Part shown: positions 58,994-64,000 of the stretch, piece after piece | Numbering within the stretch: position 1 is the first letter of the stretch | Layout of the letters: each line of letters opens with the position of its first letter | Source: a virus | Direction: 5' to 3' (one strand) | Virus record (IMG/VR): IMGVR_UViG_3300042894_005670 | DNA: 64,000 bases | Position numbers and translations under genes: made by a program | Notes under the pieces: generated by a model | Told to the model about the DNA's origin: nothing | Database searches by the model: none | The model's input: only the letters and a program-made list of their open reading frames with translations

Positions 58994-59494
58994 CTATGCT
59001 TTTCCTGCAATTTTTTCTTGGCTACGTCCATATGCAGTTAAACCTAATACAGCACCCATAGCAATATGGTATAAACCTGCACCTTGTAAGGTAATTGGCA
59101 TCCATTGACTATTAACTTGTCCATGGCTTAATGCTTGTAATACACTCCATAACACAGGAAATGCTACAAAATCAGCAAAACATGTGAGCATGTAAATAAC
59201 ACTCATCATGGGTCGCCAACGTTTATTAATCCAATCACCAAACTTATCATCGGTTTTGATCAATACGTCAGCAGGTCCGCTTTGCATTGCGCCGCCTGGG
59301 TTTTTAAGGATTTCTGCTTGATTTGCCTGTGGTGGTGCGCCCCATTGCATTGCTGCTTTTAAATCATGTGGATCATGCCATCCATCTGTCTTTATTTTAG
59401 GATCTTTAACTAAACGTTCATGTGCTTCATCATTCAGTGCAAAACCTCGCTCATCATCTGATCGCTGTGCTAATGTTATTGTTGTTATAGCCAT
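58994..59494 (-). CDS. Putative holin (3TM/GTA-type)
   Basis: WRP motif, hydrophobic helices and [11 protein letters not shown]. Confidence 0.7.
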   Translation of the reverse strand: MAITTITLAQRSDDERGFALNDEAHERLVKDPKIKTDGWHDPHDLKAAMQWGAPPQANQAEILKNPGGAMQSGPADVLIKTDDKFGDWINKRWRPMMSVIYMLTCFADFVAFPVLWSVLQALSHGQVNSQWMPITLQGAGLYHIAMGAVLGLTAYGRSQEKIAGKA

Positions 59495-59503
59495 AAGCTT
59501 TCC

Positions 59504-60046
59504 TTAAATTATACCTGCTTGACGTTGCATTTGTACAATATCAGCATCTTGTGTTTTATTTGTATTAGTTTCTAATCCTGCAATTGATCGCCACTCATTT
59601 AATTCATCTTGATGCTCTTGTTTATATTCATTTGGTTTTAGTGCTAAATTATTTTCTAAAAATTCTTTTGATGCATCACCTGATTCGCCATTTAGCTTAA
59701 TTGTCCACTGATCTAAAGTTAAACCTGTTAAAGTTTGTAAATCACTTAACAATTCTATAATATGTTTTGGTGCAAGTTTATTTCGCTCTAATTCAACAAA
59801 AACAATGTACTTACCTTGAGATACTTCACTTGGGCTACGATCAGCATCTAAAACCCAATTGTATCCACGTTCAAACCATTCAACCAAATCATCTCCTGCA
59901 TACTCATCTTTTACCGTAAAGTTTAAAGTAATAACATCACTATCTTCGCCTACAGTGGACTTGTATTGATCCACCCCTAACAATGGCAACATTAAATGTT
60001 CCATATCAAGATAACTCAAACTTTCATTGATTTTTTCTTTTGTCAT
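59504..60046 (-). CDS. Conserved hypothetical phage protein
   Basis: D.YKS..G.D, ERGY.WVLDAD and VFVELER. Confidence 0.65.
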   Translation of the reverse strand: MTKEKINESLSYLDMEHLMLPLLGVDQYKSTVGEDSDVITLNFTVKDEYAGDDLVEWFERGYNWVLDADRSPSEVSQGKYIVFVELERNKLAPKHIIELLSDLQTLTGLTLDQWTIKLNGESGDASKEFLENNLALKPNEYKQEHQDELNEWRSIAGLETNTNKTQDADIVQMQRQAGII

Positions 60047-60663
60047 AGTGCAGGTTGTCCACTAGGTGGAGGTGGAGGCGGTGGTGGGGCTAAGCCACCG
60101 CCCCCAAATGGTGTAGGTTCTGCCATAGCATTATCACCATTGGTTTTTAATTCTTTTTTATCATAATCTTTTTGATATGCATCTTCTAAATCTTCAAGGT
60201 CAATAGCTTGTTCAGCGATATCTACACTACCTTCACGTATATCATTCATTAATGATTTTGGTATAGTAATATTCACTAACCATACTGATTTTTTAGTTTT
60301 CTTAGGGTAATGAGTGCCTGGTTTGTAGTCCATAGGCTCTTTAATTTCAACAGGTACTTCAACAGTTGTTTTTTTAAATTTAACCTTACATCCTAGGGTA
60401 ATCAAACGTTTGCCACCACGTGGATCAGGCATTAACGAGTTAGGCCACATGAAGGTGCATGAAACAAGATATTTGCTTATAACAGGACCATCAACCAATT
60501 CACCCATTTTCCAATTCTTGTATGCATACACATCTGCTTCATCTACTACACGTTCAAAATCTAAAAGTGTAGCCATAGTACCATCACTTGTCATGATACC
60601 TTTTACGTTATTTACAATGTCAACCCACTCTAGTGAATCTAAGAATGTATCTTTCTTAGGCAT
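60043..60663 (-). CDS. Conserved hypothetical phage protein with Pro-rich tail
   Basis: DFERVVDE, NW..GELV.GP and MPDPRGG; start MPKKD. Confidence 0.65.
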   Translation of the reverse strand: MPKKDTFLDSLEWVDIVNNVKGIMTSDGTMATLLDFERVVDEADVYAYKNWKMGELVDGPVISKYLVSCTFMWPNSLMPDPRGGKRLITLGCKVKFKKTTVEVPVEIKEPMDYKPGTHYPKKTKKSVWLVNITIPKSLMNDIREGSVDIAEQAIDLEDLEDAYQKDYDKKELKTNGDNAMAEPTPFGGGGLAPPPPPPPPSGQPAL

Positions 60664-60840
60664 AATCCTCTTCCATGTAATTATATTTATCTTTAATATC
60701 GTTAAGTGAGTTAAACAAAATTTACAACACAGTTTATTATTTATATTATTCATGTGCAAAAAACACACCTAGTAATATAAATTATAATCTATTTAAATAC
60801 AGTTGAGCGCAATGCTCGATACACATAAGGAGTGATAACT

Positions 60841-61617
60841 TTGAGTCGTAGAAAAAACTCGGCAATCCGAAAAGAGCAAGAAAAATATACTAAACAAATG
60901 ACTAAAAACGATACACAGACACACTACAGAAAACATGAAAATACGATAGAATTTAATCCACAACGACAAAGACGTGCAATAAATCTCATACCAAAGAGCA
61001 TTAATCAAGAAAATTATATACTAGCACTTTGTGATGATAGTATCAACGTTGTAGTTGGTGCAGGTCCTGCAGGTACAGGAAAAACTTATCTTGCCACACT
61101 TGCTGCTATACAAGCATTACGCAGTAAACAATGTGAACGAATAATTTTAACACGCCCTGCGATTACAGTGGATGATGAAAAACACGGGTTTTTACCTGGC
61201 GATCTTAACCAAAAAATGGAACCTTGGACAAGACCATTGCTAGATGTGTTTCGTGAATTCTATCATGTTAAAGAAATTGAACACATGTTAGCTGAACAAA
61301 TCATAGAAATATCACCCTTAGCATTTATGCGTGGTAGAACATTTAAAAATGCGTACGTGATATTAGATGAAGCACAAAATGCCACACCAAGTCAATTTAA
61401 AATGTTGTTAACACGTATTGGTGATAATAGCAAAATAGTTTTGGTTGGGGATACTGATCAAGCAGATAGAAAACGTTCAGATAATGGGTTATTGGATTTA
61501 CAACATAGATTAAGTATGTATCCAATTCCAAGCTTAATTGTATGTAAGTTTGACGAACGTGATATTCAAAGACACAGTATTATTGAACATGTATTGTTGG
61601 CATACAAGACATTATAA
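60841..61617 (+). CDS. phoH: PhoH-family ATPase
   Basis: GPAGTGKT, GFLPG, RGRTF, DEAQN and GD..Q; TTG start after AAGGAG. Confidence 0.95.
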   Translation: MSRRKNSAIRKEQEKYTKQMTKNDTQTHYRKHENTIEFNPQRQRRAINLIPKSINQENYILALCDDSINVVVGAGPAGTGKTYLATLAAIQALRSKQCERIILTRPAITVDDEKHGFLPGDLNQKMEPWTRPLLDVFREFYHVKEIEHMLAEQIIEISPLAFMRGRTFKNAYVILDEAQNATPSQFKMLLTRIGDNSKIVLVGDTDQADRKRSDNGLLDLQHRLSMYPIPSLIVCKFDERDIQRHSIIEHVLLAYKTL

Positions 61618-61647
61618 CTTAAAACCCGCTTAGTCGGGTTTTAAGTT
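61616..61647 (+). terminator. Terminator hairpin after phoH
   Basis: AACTTAAAACCCG-CTTAGT-CGGGTTTTAAGTT. Confidence 0.75.
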
Positions 61648-61731
61648 TGTACTTACTTAGTGATAAATAAAGATGTGGTTCACGAGCCTCGGAAACTCCA
61701 ACCACTCTAACGCTATTAAGGAGCAATCAGC

Positions 61732-62361
61732 ATGGGTATTTATACCATATACAGAGCACGAAATACAGTGACTAATTTATCCTATATAGGATTCACTTCT
61801 AATTCACTAAAACGTCGAAAAATAACTCATAAACACAAAGCATTAATAAAACAACAAAAATCTAAATTTTATAATGCTATTCGTGAATACGGATGGGATT
61901 CATTTGAATGGATTGAATTATATCAAGCTAAAGAAGATTGTCTCCCAAATAACTCACATACCTTATCCGTAATGGAAAATTATTTCATACAAGAACACGA
62001 TTCAATTAATAATGGTTACAACTCAGTAAATGGAGGAGGTTTATATCCAATTTTGATTGGTGGTCAAAATCCAATGTTTGGAAAAAAGCACAACGAACAA
62101 TCAAAAAAATTAATGAAAGAAAATCGTAAAAAAACTTTTGGAAAAAATCATCACATGTATGTAGTAAAACGAACAGAAGAATGGTTAAATAAAAACGCAA
62201 GGGGTAAAAATCACCCAATGTTTGGGAAACATCATACGAAAGAATCAATACTTGCTATAAAATCAGCAGTTACAAAATGTGAATATTGTGGTATAGAAAC
62301 AATTAATGGGAATTACAAACGTTGGCATGGTAATAATTGTAAGTTTAAACCCCAACAATGA
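61732..62361 (+). mobile_element. Free-standing GIY-YIG homing endonuclease with NUMOD3-type repeats
   Basis: TIY..YIG, R...H, YG, E..FI and GYN; repeated G..NPMFGK.H; own ATAAATA box. Confidence 0.88.
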
Positions 62362-62935
62362 TCTCATAAATTTCTTTCCAATTCTTAACACGTGGCACAA
62401 GTGGGTTATCATATCCCATATTGTGTCCGTGTTCCATAAGAAGTGGTTTTAAACCAACCTTTAATCCTGCTTGGCAGTTGGCATACTTATCTTCTATCCA
62501 AAAATATCCACTGTCTTTATATTTGACAAGTTCATCATCTTTATCTGCTCCTGTATCAAGGCAGATAATTTCCTCAAATACAGTGTTACCAAATAGCTTT
62601 TCAAGGTTCATTTTACGCAATTTTTGTGCGTTTTTATCTAAACTTAACGATGTGATAGCATGAAAAACAAATCCATGCTCCTCATGTAACTTTTTAACAT
62701 AATGTATAGCATCACGTAGCGGAGGTAAAAAACCAATGGCTGCTGATTCATTAAAAATCTTAATTAATCGTTTTCCATCTTCTTTGTCAATACCGTAACG
62801 CTTACCAATGTTATATTCAAATTGAGAACCCTCTAGTTTCTTATGTCCGTGTTCTTGCATCCAACAATCGAAAGCATATTCCCAATTACACAATACACCA
62901 TCAACATCAACCAAGATCAAATTATTATCTGTCAA
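62345..62935 (-). CDS. HAD-superfamily phosphatase/nucleotidase (T4 30.2-like)
   Basis: VDVDGVL, AITS and WIEDK. Confidence 0.85.
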   Translation of the reverse strand: MTDNNLILVDVDGVLCNWEYAFDCWMQEHGHKKLEGSQFEYNIGKRYGIDKEDGKRLIKIFNESAAIGFLPPLRDAIHYVKKLHEEHGFVFHAITSLSLDKNAQKLRKMNLEKLFGNTVFEEIICLDTGADKDDELVKYKDSGYFWIEDKYANCQAGLKVGLKPLLMEHGHNMGYDNPLVPRVKNWKEIYEIIVGV

Positions 62936-62983
62936 GATTATTCCCTCACTAAAAACTTATTATACCACAAGTTAATCAGTTTG

Positions 62984-63238
62984 TCAATTCTTTACTGCTG
63001 CTGCCGATAACTGTGTGATAAGTTCAGGGTATATTTTTTTGTAGTAATCATTTAGTAAATCAAAAGTAGTTTCAACCCTTTTACCTTCAATAATACACTT
63101 TACCACTTTTTGGTCTTTATAATCAACGATAACATTACAAGTTTCAAGGTCTTTATCACGTACCTTTTTAGAAAACCCAACTTGTTCGTCAATTTGACCA
63201 CCTGATTTACGCATATAGGTAATCAATAGGTATCTCAT
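62984..63238 (-). CDS. Conserved hypothetical protein
   Basis: MRYLLITY..K..GQIDE. Confidence 0.6.
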   Translation of the reverse strand: MRYLLITYMRKSGGQIDEQVGFSKKVRDKDLETCNVIVDYKDQKVVKCIIEGKRVETTFDLLNDYYKKIYPELITQLSAAAVKN

Positions 63239-63507
63239 ACTTTTTTCTTCTTTGTAGCTTTAGCTTTTTTAGTTGGTGCTTCAACCACAGCACCCTCGTA
63301 CCCAGGATGATACGGAGCTTCTTCAACAAGTTTGGTTCTATGGTGTTCAGCCATAGCATCATTTATGTGCGTACGTAATTGTTCCCAATCAATAATAAAA
63401 TCTACACGACCATCACCATGTATAGTACGGGTAGAATAATGCCCTACAGTAATACTTTCTAGGTCTTTTTGTGGTTCAGTTTTTTTAGTTTTAGCTTTAG
63501 TTGCCAT
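63235..63507 (-). CDS. Hypothetical protein with K-rich termini
   Basis: 90 aa; GGAG SD. Confidence 0.55.
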   Translation of the reverse strand: MATKAKTKKTEPQKDLESITVGHYSTRTIHGDGRVDFIIDWEQLRTHINDAMAEHHRTKLVEEAPYHPGYEGAVVEAPTKKAKATKKKKV

Positions 63508-63520
63508 ATTAGTTCTCCAA

Positions 63521-64000
63521 TTATGATGCTGTTAGTTCAATGAGTGTGGCTGATAAATTAATTTCAGGTATACCAACAAGCGATAGATTTGCTAAACCAT
63601 TTCTAATAATAATGATTGCGGTATCTTTTTGACTTTGTGTTTTACCCCATAAATCAAGATGGTCATATAACCATTTGTAAATCGATTCAATCCTTGATGG
63701 GTTAAAGCTTAAGAATTGTAATAATAGTTTTCTACCTTCAAGTATATTACCACTCTTAAATGCTTGTGCTACTTCTAATAAAGCAGCGTCTTGATCACTT
63801 TCATCAAGTGTTGATTTTTGTAATTCACCACTTGTGCTATTGGTTTGTAACTGATTTAAGCATTTACGTAAATCAGGATATGTTTGGTGAACATAATGTT
63901 CAAGAACATCAATAGAAAACTGTATATTTTCAGCCATTAATACAGTAGCAGCACGTGCAGTAAACTCAGTATAATCAGGTTTTGATATGTGCATTTTTAC
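63521..64000 (-). CDS. Clamp-loader large subunit (T4 gp44/RFC-like), C-terminal part; extends beyond the window
   Basis: YPDLRKCLNQLQ sensor motif and EINLSATLIEL; frame open to the window end. Confidence 0.85.
   Translation of the reverse strand, partial: VKMHISKPDYTEFTARAATVLMAENIQFSIDVLEHYVHQTYPDLRKCLNQLQTNSTSGELQKSTLDESDQDAALLEVAQAFKSGNILEGRKLLLQFLSFNPSRIESIYKWLYDHLDLWGKTQSQKDTAIIIIRNGLANLSLVGIPEINLSATLIELTAS

Noticed and set aside
717-62663. Many plus-strand ORFs in the track (e.g. 717-1070, 8537-10144, 51092-51577, 55738-57339)
   Set aside because: They are antisense shadows of well-supported minus-strand genes and lack RBS or motifs. Only 19015-19389, phoH and the GIY-YIG gene are credible on the plus strand.
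1-64000. Alternative genetic code (stop-codon reassignment)
   Set aside because: Core genes are full length in the standard code, and TAA, TAG and TGA all end genes.
1-64000. tRNA or rRNA genes
   Set aside because: No T-loop or cloverleaf signature was seen in the short intergenic gaps by eye; a tRNAscan-SE run would confirm.

Overview
The window is 64 kb of an AT-rich, large T4-related (jumbo myovirus-like) phage genome, with almost all genes on the minus strand. It carries a T4-type replisome (family B polymerase, sliding clamp, clamp-loader subunits, gp41-like helicase, primase, UvsW, RNase H), class Ia ribonucleotide reductase with glutaredoxin, and virion genes (PAAR, tail-fibre-like protein, SleB hydrolase). 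Host-like accessory genes include IscA, Dps, ClpA, DnaJ, Def, PhoH, UvsE, a TagD-like enzyme and 2OG-Fe oxygenases. A betaproteobacterial PHA-storing host is inferred, not shown. No tRNA, rRNA or CRISPR array was recognised. Best candidates for new biology: (1) a 43-53 kb island of putative capsid-packaged cargo proteins, including an 819-aa modular polyprotein with [ILV]xE linkers, a 16-bp-repeat-bounded module and a cryptic internal Tat signal; (2) an unannotated unit at 27.46-27.95 kb with an ECF-type promoter, a pseudoknotted leader RNA, a secreted peptide and a probable -1 frameshift extension; (3) a phasin-like/DUF3563-like small-gene cluster with a PhaR-like box and a repeated ACAUACACA leader motif; (4) a 208-aa minimal DnaE-like polymerase core; (5) an array of microgenes joined by a shared SD/stop/start junction; (6) window-wide avoidance of CCAG/CTGG and CCGG except within CCWGG, broken mainly inside apparently recent inserts. 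All family calls come from motif recognition by eye, without database searches.
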